In this document: positions 1 to 12,180 of the stretch, piece by piece | Layout: each line of letters starts with the position of its first letter | How positions within the stretch are numbered: position 1 is the stretch's first letter | DNA from: Octopus sinensis | Taxonomy: Eukaryota | Assembly (NCBI RefSeq): GCF_006345805.1 | Contig: NC_043015.1 | Coordinates: forward strand, 24,924,001 to 24,988,000 | Length of the DNA stretch: 64,000 nucleotides | Reading direction: 5' to 3' | Notes under the pieces: model-generated | Told to the model about the DNA's origin: nothing | The model's input: only the letters and a program-made list of their open reading frames with translations | Database searches by the model: none | Program-made: the position numbers and the translations under genes

Positions 1-713
1 GTATAGATTTAAGTATGTACATATATGTATGTATGTATATATATATATATATTATCTATATTAGTATTTGATTGAATGCTATACATCCTCTTCCAAGTAA
101 GTTTTATCTTAATAATTCTGATGTGCACTATATATGATCTTACTCTTTCACTTTTCTCTCTTTCACTCTCTTATTCTTTTATCTCATCTTCTCACACTAT
201 TCTATCCTATTACTCTGCCACTCTCTCTCCCTCACTCCTCCTACACCCTTGCTCACATGGCTCCCATTTGACCATCGGCTATCTTTCTTTGTTCTTCTAA
301 CTTGTGTTTCTTTCTTTCTCCCCATTGTAGCTGGAACAAGGAAGACTTTTTCTTGTTTGTCTCCTGCCCATGTTTGATTTACACGTTCACCACCACAACC
401 TCGTTTAGGCTTAGCAGCCCTTCCTGTTTGTTTTTACTGTCCTGTTTGCGTTAACAATATTGACCCTTTGCAAAATAGCAAATTTTATTTAATTTGCTTT
501 GTGGGAGCAACTGTTTTATTGAAAGCATATATTGTTGTTAAATGCTCAAAATACGAGACTAGAAAAAAAGCCAACAACTGATGAAGGGTCGTTCTTTATG
601 TTGTTTGTTTTGTTTTCTATTTGTGTGTTTCATTCTTCAAAAAAATAGCTCATATTCCATGTACTTGTACTTTGTATTTTTTCTTGTATCCATTTCATGA
701 CGTCCTGTGCCCA

Positions 714-877
714 CATATGCATATATATATATATTTACACATATATAGATATGTAAGCATGTACACATATGTATGTATATGCATGTGTATATATATATAT
801 ATTATTTATATTATTATATATATGTATTTATATATATATGTATACATATGTATGTATGTGTGCGTGTATATATATAT

Positions 878-920
<43 letters not shown>

Positions 921-975
921 TATATTATATATATATATGTATGTATATCTATATGTGCATGTGTACATAGAGAGA
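714..975. repeat. (TA)n/(TATG)n compound microsatellite, one of many (e.g. 17040-17262, 42120-42260, 52420-52600, 56670-56900)
   Basis: Directly visible. Confidence 0.98.
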
Positions 976-1287
976 TAGGTAGAACATAAGAAAATATAAT
1001 GCTGCTAGACAAAATTATAATTATGTAGATAATGATAATATATGTGAAAAGAAGACAGAATGGAATATATAGGTAATAATTTTAATACTGATTTTTTAAT
1101 GAAGTTAACAAAATAATGATAATAATGATAATGGCTGCAATGATGTAGGCATTGATGTTAGTGGTGTCATAAATTGTGACAATGATGTTGATAAAGACGA
1201 TGATGTTGGTGGTAGTGATTTTCTGAAGTCTTTTGAGAGGTTAAGCTTAGTAATTTTAACAAAACAAAAAGACAATATCAAACTTAA

Positions 1288-1312
1288 AATAATAATAATA
1301 ATAATAATAATG

Positions 1313-1400
<88 letters not shown>
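1288..1400. repeat. (AAT)n microsatellite (also 11140-11222, 36292-36390, 40313-40538, 62446-62503)
   Basis: Directly visible. Confidence 0.98.
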
Positions 1401-1913
1401 GGCAAATGAAAGAGATAAAAAATGAAACATGAGAAGACAAATCAACAATAACAAAAAAAAAGAAAAATGGACAAAAGAAAACAAACCTACAAAATAAATA
1501 AGACAACAAAAAGAAATTAAAATAAATAAATAAATGAATAATTAAACACTGAAGGCAGCAAAAATGAGAATACCAATACTTCATCATTACCATCACCACT
1601 ACCACCACCACCAACAACAACAACAATAACAAGAAAAACCTCAATGATGATGAATATTCATTAGGTGAATCAACATTTATGGTTTCAAACAATATCTTTG
1701 GATAGACATTAATATGTTGGCCAACGTTTCATTGTATCTATTATTGGTCTTTAAATGATTCTAAATTCATAACCGAAAAACACTTAAAAGACAAGAAAAA
1801 AGAAAAAAAAAGGAAAGAGTAAGGCAACAACAACAACAACTTCAGTAATGAAAGTAGCAATCATCATTAGTAATAACACTACTCTGGCACTGTTGCTGCT
1901 GCTGCTGCTGCTG

Positions 1914-1959
<46 letters not shown>

Positions 1960-3144
1960 AACCACCTGTCATATCATTCCCACCACTAGCAGCACCACTG
2001 CCATCACTACCACTAGAACCAACACCACCAAAACTACTACTACTACTACTACTACTACTACTGCTGCTGCTGATAATGATGATGATGATGATGCAATTTA
2101 CAATGATGAGTTGGCAAATAAAAAAATGAAGGGAAACTGATACGGAAATGAATTATTCTAAAAGTTTAAAACCACATCAAATGGTAAACTGCAGAAGAGA
2201 GTGAATTAGGGATATGCTTTTTGGTGTTGTTTATATTGTTATTTGCAGTTGTTTCTCTGTAGTTCCAAGGTAATGATGTCTAACATTTATATATCGACAA
2301 ATATATACATAGATATACTTTTGAATCAATTAAGAATGATTAAGTTTAGGCATGCAAACGACTATCTTCACCTGTGGACATGTCTGAGAGACTTCATTAT
2401 GAACGATTTCAAATGTCGTGTCCCCATATATATATATGTATATATATGATATTGATAACTATATGCATACATATGTATGTATATGCATGTGTATATATAT
2501 ATATATGTAATTATATATATATACATATATATAAACCAGCGACCGCAAATCGCTAAGCCCACTCGCTTTCGACTCCACTACGAATGCACAGCTCATGAAC
2601 GGCTAAAAGTTAAGATTTCTTCTTTCAACCTCGCTCCTACTACCCTCTGCACGTATAATCACTATTCCTTCAGTTCCTTCAATTTCTCTCTCATATTTTC
2701 CTTCAAATTGACTTCTCTGATACTTTCAAACCTACTTTCTTGCTATCACGATTTTTCAGTACCCTCTATTCATATTTTCTTTCAGTTTTCAACATACCAT
2801 TCATGTAATGTTTTTCGTTTAGCCTCGTCTCCCTATTTGCTCCCGTTTCATAGCCACTCATCGTCTCCCCTAAACATTGACTTCTCTGATACTTTCAAAC
2901 CTACTTTCTTGCTATCACGATTAACAGAATCCTCTTGCTAGTTTGGGGTTGATCCGCCCACCCACCCCCTGCACACATGCCGGAAGTTCCTATTCTTTTC
3001 ATCCCTGGGTTGCTTCCCTTGAAGACTGCAAATGCTCTTTCACCATCCCTACCCCTAGTTTCGACCTAGGTAAGGTAATGATCATACAGTGCAAAATATG
3101 AATGGGTAGTGTTATGCAGGTTGAATTGAAGGCTACTGTATTAC

Positions 3145-6100
3145 TTGCTCATGAATTCTGCCAAATGCGAGCTTTCTTTTCAGGTACATGAAGCTACTGT
3201 CCACCGACGCAGGGTCCCTAGGGCCCATACCTCCCACACCCTCAGGGTTGGCACCCTCAACGTTGGCACACTGAAAGGTAGGTCTGGCGAGATAGTTGAG
3301 ATGCTTGAACGGAGACGTGTGGATATATGTTGTATGCAAGAAGTAAGGTGGAGAGGAGGTTCTGCTAGGTTCCTCACAGGCAAGGAACACAGGTACAAGA
3401 TTTTCTGGGCAGGGAACACTGACGGGGTTGGAGGCGTGGGTATACTTATCGCTGAGAAATGGGTAGATAAAGTAATTGAGGTAATCAGAGTATGCGACAG
3501 AATACTTAAGATTAGATTAGCGCTTCATCATAGTTTAGCAACCATTATATCAGCCTATGCTCCTCAGTCGGGGCTACCTGATGGACAGAAAGACCGATTC
3601 TATGACACTCTACTGCAGACTACCTCGTTGACGAACGACAGAGACCTTCTCTTTGTGGCTGGTGACTTCAATGGTCACGTTGGACGACATGCTGGGGGCT
3701 TCCACGGCGTACATGGAGGCTATGGCTCTGGTTCCCGCAACGAGAAGGGAACCAGGCTGCTGGAGTTCTGCGATGCAAATAATCTTATGATTTGCAACAC
3801 TAACTTCAGGAAACCTACCAGCCACCTAGTCACCTACCGATCGGGCCAACATACCAGCCAAATTGACTACATCCTTGCCAGGCAAAGGGAGAGATGGCTA
3901 CTTATAAATGCCAAAACCTTCCCAGGCGAAGAATGCACCCCACAACATAGACTGGTAGTTAGTGACTTTAGGATCAGGAGTAGGAGGACATCCAGAAGAC
4001 GACCAACATGGAGAAGAAGGATCTGGAAGCTTAAGGATCCTGTGAATGGACAGAGATTTAGAGACATGTTACTTGAAGCCTTTGACGAAGTAGAAGGGGA
4101 TAGTGTATCACATGGGGTAGAGGACAACTGGACGTTTCTAAGGGACAACCTGCTGAGAGCCACTGACCAGATCTGTGGCTGGTGCAAAGTCCCCTCTCGT
4201 CCCAAGGTAACGTGGTGGTGGAACAGTGTCGTAGACAGGGCTATTAGAGAAAAGAGACAGACTTGGAAGCACTGGAAGAATGGTGGTAGCAGGGAATTGT
4301 ATCAGACTGCTAAAAGGGAAGCTAGGAGACAGGTCTATCTAGCCAGAGGGGAAGCAGATAAGAAAAAATTTGCCAATGTTCTGCGCCGTGAGGACCAAAG
4401 ACTGGAGGTGTTTCGCGTTGCAAGACAGTGTGTGAGAGAGAATTGTGATGTGGTGGGAGAGAAGTGTGTTCGCATGGAAGATGGTTCACTTGTGCTAAAC
4501 GAGGATGCAAAGAGAGAGCTTGGAGACGCCACTATGAAAGGTTGCTGAATAAAGAAAATGAATGGGATAAAGAGAGTCTGCCGAACGTTGACCCAACAGA
4601 GGGACCAGCTATCAGGGTTGATAGTTCCTTAGTAGCTAAGGCAATTAGAAGCATGAAGACAGGGAAAGCCCCAGGCCCATCAGGTATCACTGCAGAGATG
4701 CTCAAAATATCTGGTAGTGTCGGCTATAGCCTAGTCACCTGTATAGTTAATCAGGTGATACATGAAGGAGTCATACCCAATGACTGGTGTAGCAGCATAA
4801 TAGTCAACTGCTACAAAGGTAAAGGTGATGCCCTAGATACAAATAATTACAGAGGTATCAAGCTGTTGGATCAGGTAATGAAGGTTACAGAGAGGGTCAT
4901 AAGCCAACTAATTAGAGAGAGAGTTAGTTTAGATGCAGTTTGGTTTCGTGCCAGGGAAAAGTACCACTGATGCTATATTCCTGGTAAGGCAGCTGCAGGA
5001 GAAATACCTAGCCAAAGATAAGGCCCTGCACCTGGCTTTTGTTGACATGGAGAAAGCCTTCGACAGGGTCCCCCGATCCCTCATATGGTGGTCAATGAGG
5101 AAACTAGGAATAGAAGAATGGTTAGTGAGAGCTGTGCAAGCCATGTACAGGGACGCTGCTAGTAAGGTGAGGGTTGGAAATGAGTACAGTGAAGAATTCC
5201 GGGTAGAGGTAGGGATCCACCAAGGCTCAGTCCTCAGCCCCCTCCTATTTATCATAGTCCTCCAGGCAATAACGGAGGTATTCAAGACAGGATGCCCCTG
5301 GGAGCTCCTCTATGCTGATGACCTTGCTCTAATTGCTGAGTCATTATCAGAACTGGAGAAGAAGTTTCAGGTGTGGAAGCATGGTTTAGAATCGAAGGGC
5401 CTTAGAGTCAACCTAGCTAAAACCAAAGTCCAAATAAGTAGGAAGGTAGACAAATCACAAACGCCTTCAGGTAGATGGCCCTGCTCGATCCGTAGAAAAG
5501 GTGTAGCTAGAAACTCTATAAGATGCACCAAGTGTAAGCTATGGACACATAAGAGGTGCAGCAATGTCATAGGAAGGCTAACTAGGAAGATGGTTTTTGT
5601 ATGTGGCAGATGCTCGGGAGCATTAACCTCTGAAAATCTGCAGAAAACAACTTCCGTCACTTTCCAGGGGGAAAAACTAGAAGTAGTTGATAGCTTCCGT
5701 TATCTTGGTGACCAAGTCAGTAGTGGGGGTGGGTGTGCTGAAAGTGTAACGGCTAGAGTAAGAATAGCCTGGGCAAAGTTTAGGGAGCTCTTACCTCTGT
5801 TGGTGACTAAAGGCCTCTCGCTCAGAGTAAAAGGCAGACTGTATGATGCATGTGTACGAACAGCCATGCTACATGGCAGTGAAACATGGGCCGTGACCGC
5901 TGAGGACATGCGTAAGCTCGCGAGAAATGAAGCTAGTATGCTCCGTTGGATGTGTAATGTCAGTGTTCATAGTCGACAGAGTGTAAGTACCTTGAGAGAA
6001 AAGTTGGACCTAAGAGGAATCAGATGTTGTGTGCAAGAGAGACGATTGCGCTGGTATGGTCATGTGGTGAGAATGGATGAAGATAGGTGTGTGAAAAAGT

Positions 6101-6267
6101 GCCACACCCTGGCAGTTGAGGGGACCTGTGGAAGAGGTAGACCCAGGAAAACCTGGGTCGAGGTGGTGAAGCACGACCTTCGAACTCTAGGTCTCACCAA
6201 GGAAATGACCAGAGACCGAGACCTATGGAAGTATGCTGTGCGTGAGAAGACCCGGCAAGACCAGTGA
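3145..6267 (+). pseudogene. RTE APE-RT polyprotein ORF (~1040 aa) broken by two mutually compensating frameshifts (~4520 and ~4930)
   Basis: ORFs 3145 and 4933 share a frame and the middle segment is in ORF 4464. Comparison with copies 2 and 4 indicates a 1-nt loss (gagagagcttggag vs gagagaggtttggag) and a 5-nt loss (ttagatgcag vs ttagatgagatgcag). Confidence 0.9.
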
Positions 6268-6314
6268 GAACAATCAAAATCAAATCATATATCAGAAAGC
6301 AGGGGTTAAGTGAC

Positions 6315-7110
6315 CCATCTGTTCGTGTCCGCTGTCAGCCTCGTCTGGCACCCGTGCCGGTGATACGTAAAAGCACCATTCGCTCATGGCCGTTTGCCAG
6401 CTCTGCCTGGCACCGTGTCGGTGGCACGTAAAAGCACCATCCGTTCGTGTTCGTTGCCAGCCTCGCCTGGCTCCGTGCCGGTGACACGTAAAAGCACCGT
6501 CCGTTCGTGGCCGTTGGCCAGCTCTGTCTGGCCCCGTGTCGGTGGCACGTAAAAGCACCATCCGTTCGTGGCCGTTTGCCAGCTCTGTCTGGCCCCGTGT
6601 CGGTGGCACGTAAAAGCACCAGCCGTCCGTGTCCGTTGCCAGCCTCGGCTGGCCCCCGTGCCGGTGACACGTAAAAGCACCATCCGCTCGTGGCCGTTTG
6701 CCAGCTCTGTCTGGCAACCGTGTCGGTGGCACGTAAAAGCACCATCTGTTCGCGTCCGTTGCCAGCCTCGGCTGGCCCCCGTGCCGGTGACACGTAAAAG
6801 CACCATCCGTTCGTGGCCGTTTGCCAGCTCTGTCTGGCCCCGTGTCGGTGGCACGTAAAAGCACCATCCGTCCGTGTCCGTTGCCAGCCTCGGCTGGCCC
6901 CCGTGCCGGTGACACGTAAAAGCACCGTCCGCTCGTGGCCGTTTGCCAGCTCTGCCTGGCAACCGTGTCGGTGGCACGTAAAAGCACCATCTGTTCGTGT
7001 CCGTTGCCAGCATCACCTGGCCCCGTGCCGGTGACACGTAAAAGCACCATCCATTCGTGGCCGTTCGCCAGCTCTGTCTGGCACCTGTGCAGGTGGCACG
7101 TAAAAAACAC
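6315..7110 (+). repeat. Tandem array of 13 ~60-62-bp units (two subtypes, mostly alternating A/B) in the RTE 3' UTR
   Basis: The anchor cgtaaaagcacc recurs at about 6366, 6427, 6487, 6548, 6609, 6670, 6731, 6793, 6854, 6915, 6977 and 7037, with a terminal variant at ~7099. Confidence 0.97.
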
Positions 7111-7339
7111 CCACTACACTCACGGAGTGGTTGGCGTTAGGAAGGGCATCCAGCCGTAGAAACACTGCCAGATCTGACTGGGCCTGACGAAGCCTTCCAG
7201 CTTCACAGACCCCAGTTGACCCGTCCAACCCATGCTAGCATGGAAAGCGGACGCTAAACGATGATGATAAACGATGATGATGTACGTATATATATATATA
7301 TGTATGTGTATATATATATATATATGTATGTATGTGGAT

Positions 7340-8100
7340 AAAGGAAATTATATGACCTTGGTGAGTGTGTATGCTCCAACTATGTGCTATACTGATGACA
7401 AAAAACTTTCTTTCTACCATGCTTTGAAGGGTATTATAAGAAATATCGCTCGGGCAGACAAAGTCATTGTACTGGGTGACTTTAATGCTAGAATGGACAT
7501 ATGGACTGTAATTGGAAAGCATGGGATGGGAAAGTGTAATAGTAATGGCATGCTTTTGCTGCAGATGTGTGAGGAGCTGTGTCTGTGTGTTACCAATACC
7601 ATGTTTCAACAAAAGAATAAGCTTAAGACTACATGGATGCACCCTGCATCTAAAGAATGGCATATTCTGGATTACATCCTAGTTAGGGTGCATGACAGAC
7701 AGGATGTACAGTGTGTTCATGTTCTTCGTGGAGCTGAGTGTTGGACTGACCACCGCCTATTACGCGCAAAAGTGAAATTAGTCACAATACATAAAATCCG
7801 AGCTGCAGGGATTACCCTGCCTAAAAGACTGAATGTTGATTGTCTTAGGTGTAATAGTGTGAAGAGAACTTTACAAGAGGAAGTGAATGCTGCAGATTTT
7901 GGGGAGGATTGGCCGACCCTTAAAAAGTCAGTTTATGATATAGGCAAGAAAGTTCTGGGATTGATACAAAGAAAGCATCAAGATTGGTTTAAAGAAAATG
8001 ATGAACATATAGATGATTTATTGGCTGATAAAATACGTACTTTGTCACGCTATTTGTCAGCAAAGTCACAGGAAAGGGAAGTGCTGCATAGGGAACTCAA
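7340..8100 (+). mobile_element. APE endonuclease fragment of a second (BovB-like) RTE-group LINE
   Basis: ORF 7274-8197 contains TLVSVYAPT, VIVLGDFNAR, GKCNSNGMLLLQMC, NTMFQ, TTWMHP, HILDYILV and WTDHRL, and is flanked by (TA)n. Confidence 0.9.
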
Positions 8101-10289
8101 GGATATATATATATATATATATGTACATATGTATGTGTATATATATATATATCAAAAGACGAAGACAGGTGATGTAGAAAACAAACAGATGTATTAGTAT
8201 AACACTCAGGAATAGAAAAAGTCTTTTACGTTTTGAGCCTACACTCTTCTACAGAAAAGGACACAGAAAAAACAAGGAGAGAAACAAAGAGAGAAAAAAA
8301 TATGTGTAGTGGCTAACGATCTATCATGTGTATAAATATATGTATGTGTATATATATATAATATATATATATATATACATACATATATATATATACATAC
8401 ATATATATATATGTGTATACAGTTGTGTAAATGCATATATATGAATGTATTCATATATGTACAGATGTACATAGGAATACATAGATGTAATTTGCATCAT
8501 CATCGTGATTTAAATGTCCAATTCCTAATGCTTGTTTCGGTTGACTGGAGTCTATTGAGGCTTGCCCTTCCTGCCAGATCCTTACCCATTTCCATGCAAG
8601 GTAATACTTCCTGTGCCCCACATGTTTTCAGAGATTATTAGCCCCATAAACGACAGTGATACTCATTTGCAACACTTCATATGTTGTCAAGATAAGGGGA
8701 CACAAACATACACACACAAATACATGATTGGCTTTTTACAGTTTCCATCTATCAGATCCACTCACAGGATATTGGTTGGCATGAGACTTTAATAGCAAAC
8801 TCTTTCAGAGGATGTCACACTGTGGAACTGAATCCAAAACCATGAGGTTGCAAAGCAAACTTCAGCCCCTTTCCCCTAATATATATGACAAGGTGCTAAA
8901 TAGTTCATGGCTTTGAGTAAAGGAAAATGTAGGGGGATCAGTTAATTATGGTTTTATTCAACATATTCCCCTCTCAAATTCACAAGCTTGGTCCTTCAGA
9001 TTGTTTAAGCCCTGTAAAAGAACTTAGAAGGTTTGGCTTCCAACTAGACCTTTCACAATCCCCTTAAAGCCAGGAATTTTTCAGCACTCCACTCCCAACC
9101 CGTATAATCAACAACTTCATTCCCATCATTAACCATTACATTTAAACAGCAGCTGGTTAGCATCAACATAATGAATTATTGCTTAAATTCACTCTTAAAG
9201 CATCTACTCTTTCTCTCCCAATATTCAGAGATCTGATCTCACTACTTCATCACATACAGTGTTCACCATTTGTATATTATGTCATTTAGATCAAAGTTTG
9301 TCTTTTTCTTCAGCATTTGTATCTTACCTTCATAGCATTGTTAAGCCACCTTCAGTACATCAGCTGATGTCTTTACAACCAATATTGAACACTGCTCAGA
9401 AAGATACTATAAGCTGCATCTAACAGTATGCTATGTACGTAATTAACCCATCATTCAAAACTTTGCTTTTACCATAGATGGTGGGAAGAAACCTTCAAAA
9501 CCACTTATCTCAGCTGAATTATGAGCTCCCATACAAAATTTAAACAGGACTGTTATTAAATATTTAATCCATGTAACACTACCGTATATTAGAGTATTTT
9601 ATCAAACTAATATCATCCTTTTAATCTTGCTCTTTGTGTCAATAATATTTTTGTATGATTCAGAAAAAATGAATTTAGTGTTAGATGTGTAATATTCTTT
9701 CCTATAATTTTTATTGGATTATTGATACCATTAATAGAACGGACACTTCTTAAAGCATGGGATTAATTCAATTCATACTTTTGTTGATTTTACTGATATT
9801 TGTCTTGATTTAGGTGTGAAGATTGTTCTGAGTTCAGCTTTGCCAAGATCATCACTCTAAGTTCAATCAAATATGATGTCAGGCAAGTGGCGGGAGCAAT
9901 AATATTGACTAAGCAACTACACCTCAAAATTTCTCACCTTATGCTTAAATTAGAAACAATTATTATTATGAGTTTTTTCTTCTTCCTTCAATTTTCTTTC
10001 CATTTTTGACAATTTTCTTACTGATATCTAAGCCAAAAGAAACTCTTTGTATACATCGATAGACCAGTCGAATAAACACATCTGATTGTTCATTTACAAA
10101 ATCCAATAAAGTTATGTAGAGAAAAAAACACTATTTGAATGAATGATAAACATTCTCACAGCAACAATGCTCTTCTTAATAGGTGTGACATCCCATTGAG
10201 GACAATCTTTTGAACTTCTTGCAAGGATGGTAAACCAGGGATCATTTTCAAATAATTTTCACTTCCTTATTTCATCATTCCAAGTGATC

Positions 10290-10400
10290 CTAATTACTGG
10301 TATTCTAATTTCCCTGAGATGTCGCATTTTTTGTGATTTCAATGAGCAAATCTTCGTATTTTCTCAGCTTATCAAATTCTTTTGCCCCAACAATTAACGC
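10290..10400 (-). mobile_element. Small second REL-element fragment
   Basis: The reverse strand reads GAKEFDKLRKYEDLLIEITK, nearly the same as SAKEFDKLRKYKDSFIEIFK at 37580-37640. Confidence 0.65.
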
Positions 10401-10439
10401 ATGCTAATTTAGTTAGCAGATATTAAAATATCTTGATGT

Positions 10440-10910
10440 TTGGTGACAATAAGTTTCCTCAAATCATAAGAACCAAAGGTCAACAATGACAGTTTCAATT
10501 CCATTCTCTTTCAGTCTTTTAAATAGGATTTTGGGTGTGGTGCCAAGTGAACCAATTACTACAGAAACAATTGTTGCTTGGAACTTTCAGTCTCAGCACT
10601 TGGGATGGATCCTGATATTGCTCAATTTTTTTTTCCATTTCTTTATCTTTGACTCTGCTATTATAAGGAATTGCAAAATCTGTGATCTTATACTCTTTGT
10701 TTATTTTGTTTTCTGCAATCATGCCTGGTCTTCTGACACAAAATAGTATGGTCAGTCTTTATAGGGAAGTCACACAAATTCTTGTAATCCTCATTTTCTA
10801 TCACAGCCTCTGGTCCATGTTCATACAACTTATCTGTTGCTTTCAAGCCACAGACGTGGCCAACATCCCAATACACTCTTTTACCTTCACACACTCATGT
10901 CTGCCCAATA
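10440..10910 (-). mobile_element. C-terminal fragment of an REL-endonuclease non-LTR retrotransposon (R4/Dong/NeSL-like), frameshifted
   Basis: RHE..V (RHD-like) motif, then KLYEHGPEAVIENEDYKNLCDFPIKTDHTI, then KITDFAIPYNSRVKDKEMEKKIEQYQD, then GSLGTTPK. This matches the W.H.P..V.ENE..KILWDF.I.TD...RPD...IID.A.P.D....KE.EK..KY signature. Confidence 0.8.
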
Positions 10911-11154
10911 TCATCGAAGTAGTGAGCTGGCCAAATTGTTAACACATCGGAAAAAATACTTAGCAGCATGTCTTCTAGATCGTTATGTTGTGAGTTCAAA
11001 TTCTGGAAAGGTTATCTTTGCTAGTCATCCTTTCAGGATCAATAATATAAACACCAGTTGACAGGGGTCAATGTAATCAACAATACGCTCCCCACACAAA
11101 AAAAAAAAAAAACTTCAGGCCTTTTACATATAGTAGAAAAGATTATTATTATTA

Positions 11155-11224
<70 letters not shown>

Positions 11225-11560
11225 GAAAACTCACAGCTTATTTTGCTGGGGATGATGGAAAGTGTCAGCTGCCCTCAGCCAGCAGACTAAGGTGATACTT
11301 GTGTACTGGTCATGATTCAAGAACCCTATGAAGAATTCTTACAGTTCCAAGGAATGGGGATTTTTGTAGGTGTTCTACCTTCTCACTTGCAGCAATGTTT
11401 TCCAGCTATGTTGATAGCTGACTGCTGATACTTCCAAGTGACCCAATTACTATTGCTATCTCCTCTACTCTCCTCATTGACCACAACCTTCATGTTTCCC
11501 ACTTCAAATTATTGTATTATCATTATTATCATTATTATTATCATTATTATTATTACTAAA

Positions 11561-11772
11561 GCAGTGAGCTGGCAGAATTGTTAGTACACAGAGTGAAATG
11601 TTTAGCAGTAATTCATCTGCCGCTATGTTCTGAGTTCAAATTCTGCCAAAGTCGACTTTGCTTTTCATCCTTTCAGGGTCAATAAATCAAGTACCAGTTG
11701 AGTACTGGAATCGATGTCATCAACTGTCCCCCTCCCCACAAAATGCATCCCTTGTGCCCACAGTAGAAAGGA
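11561..11772 (+). mobile_element. tRNA-derived SINE, family A, representative copy. Other copies: ~10921-11145 +, 23650-23790 +, 24809-25012 +, 35017-35193 +, 35262-35480 +, 38028-38196 -, 40540-40740 -, 44882-45085 -, 48762-48895 +, 58258-58412 +
   Basis: tRNA-like head (gagctggcagaattgttag...gagttcaaattc: A/B-box-like), shared body (ctttcatcctttcggggtc...aagtaccagttgag.actggg) and a ...gtagaaaggat tail running into (ATT/ATC)n. Confidence 0.85.
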
Positions 11773-12180
11773 TCATCATCATCATCATCATCATCATCAT
11801 TATTATCATCATCATCCTCATCAACATTATTATTATCATCATCATCAGCATCATCATTATTACTATTATTATCATCTTTGTTAGATATATCTATGATTGC
11901 AAGCATGTTTATGATTAGCAAAGACTAGAATCTTTTAAAAGCTTTGTTCTTTGCAACGTGTAAGCCCCACCAGAATTAAATATGTATATTCTGTGAATCA
12001 TCTTTCTTGTTCCTTCAGTTGAATTTCAAACTTCTAATCGCACCAAATATTATGTAGAAATGATTAACTCCCTTATACTAACTGGTGACCAGGGAACAGT
12101 GTGCATCTGTATGTACATATATATCAAAGTGTGCATTTGCATGCATATATATGACAATTCATCAATATGCTCATGTACGT

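Larger units (their letters stand above)
2941..7282 (+). mobile_element. Near-full-length RTE-clade LINE (RTE copy 1): APE endonuclease + reverse transcriptase, 3' UTR tandem array, (GAT)n tail
   Basis: APE motifs (GTLNVGTL, DICCMQEVRW, ISAYAPQ, GDFNGHVG, SQIDYIL, QHRLVV) and RT motifs (NYRGIKLL, QFGF, FVDMEKAFDRV, HQGSVLSPLLF, YADDL, YLG, LRWYGHV) lie in ORFs 3145-4548, 4464-4970 and 4933-6267. The element ends ...ggacgctaaacgatgatgat. The 5' boundary is approximate and no TSD was found. Confidence 0.95.

Noticed and set aside
577-600. ctgatga motif as a hammerhead core
   Set aside because: No matching stem II and GAAA partner is visible downstream.
621-2129. ORFs rich in YI, poly-I, poly-L, poly-S and similar (here and throughout the window)
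   Set aside because: They are translations of (TA)n, (AAT)n and (CTA)n microsatellites.
6590-6625. Pistol, twister or HDV-like ribozyme in the array unit or terminal domain
   Set aside because: The P1-loop-AAA-pseudoknot start resembles pistol, but the P2/P3 order and catalytic residues do not match by eye. No HDV L3/J4-2 or twister core could be assigned.
6315-7110. CRISPR array
   Set aside because: The units have no unique spacers (variation is two recurring subtypes), there are no cas genes, and the array lies in a eukaryotic LINE 3' UTR.
6292-7110. Long repeat ORFs (272, 217, 196 aa) over the array
   Set aside because: These are antisense read-throughs of a GC-rich tandem repeat. They are open in several frames and are not conserved in the other array copies.
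11280-11420. Possible further REL-element fragment (SQQTKVILV)
   Set aside because: Only one short motif is recognisable.
11561-11650. tRNA genes
   Set aside because: The A/B-box-like heads continue into SINE bodies and tails and occur in many decayed copies; no complete cloverleaf is supported.
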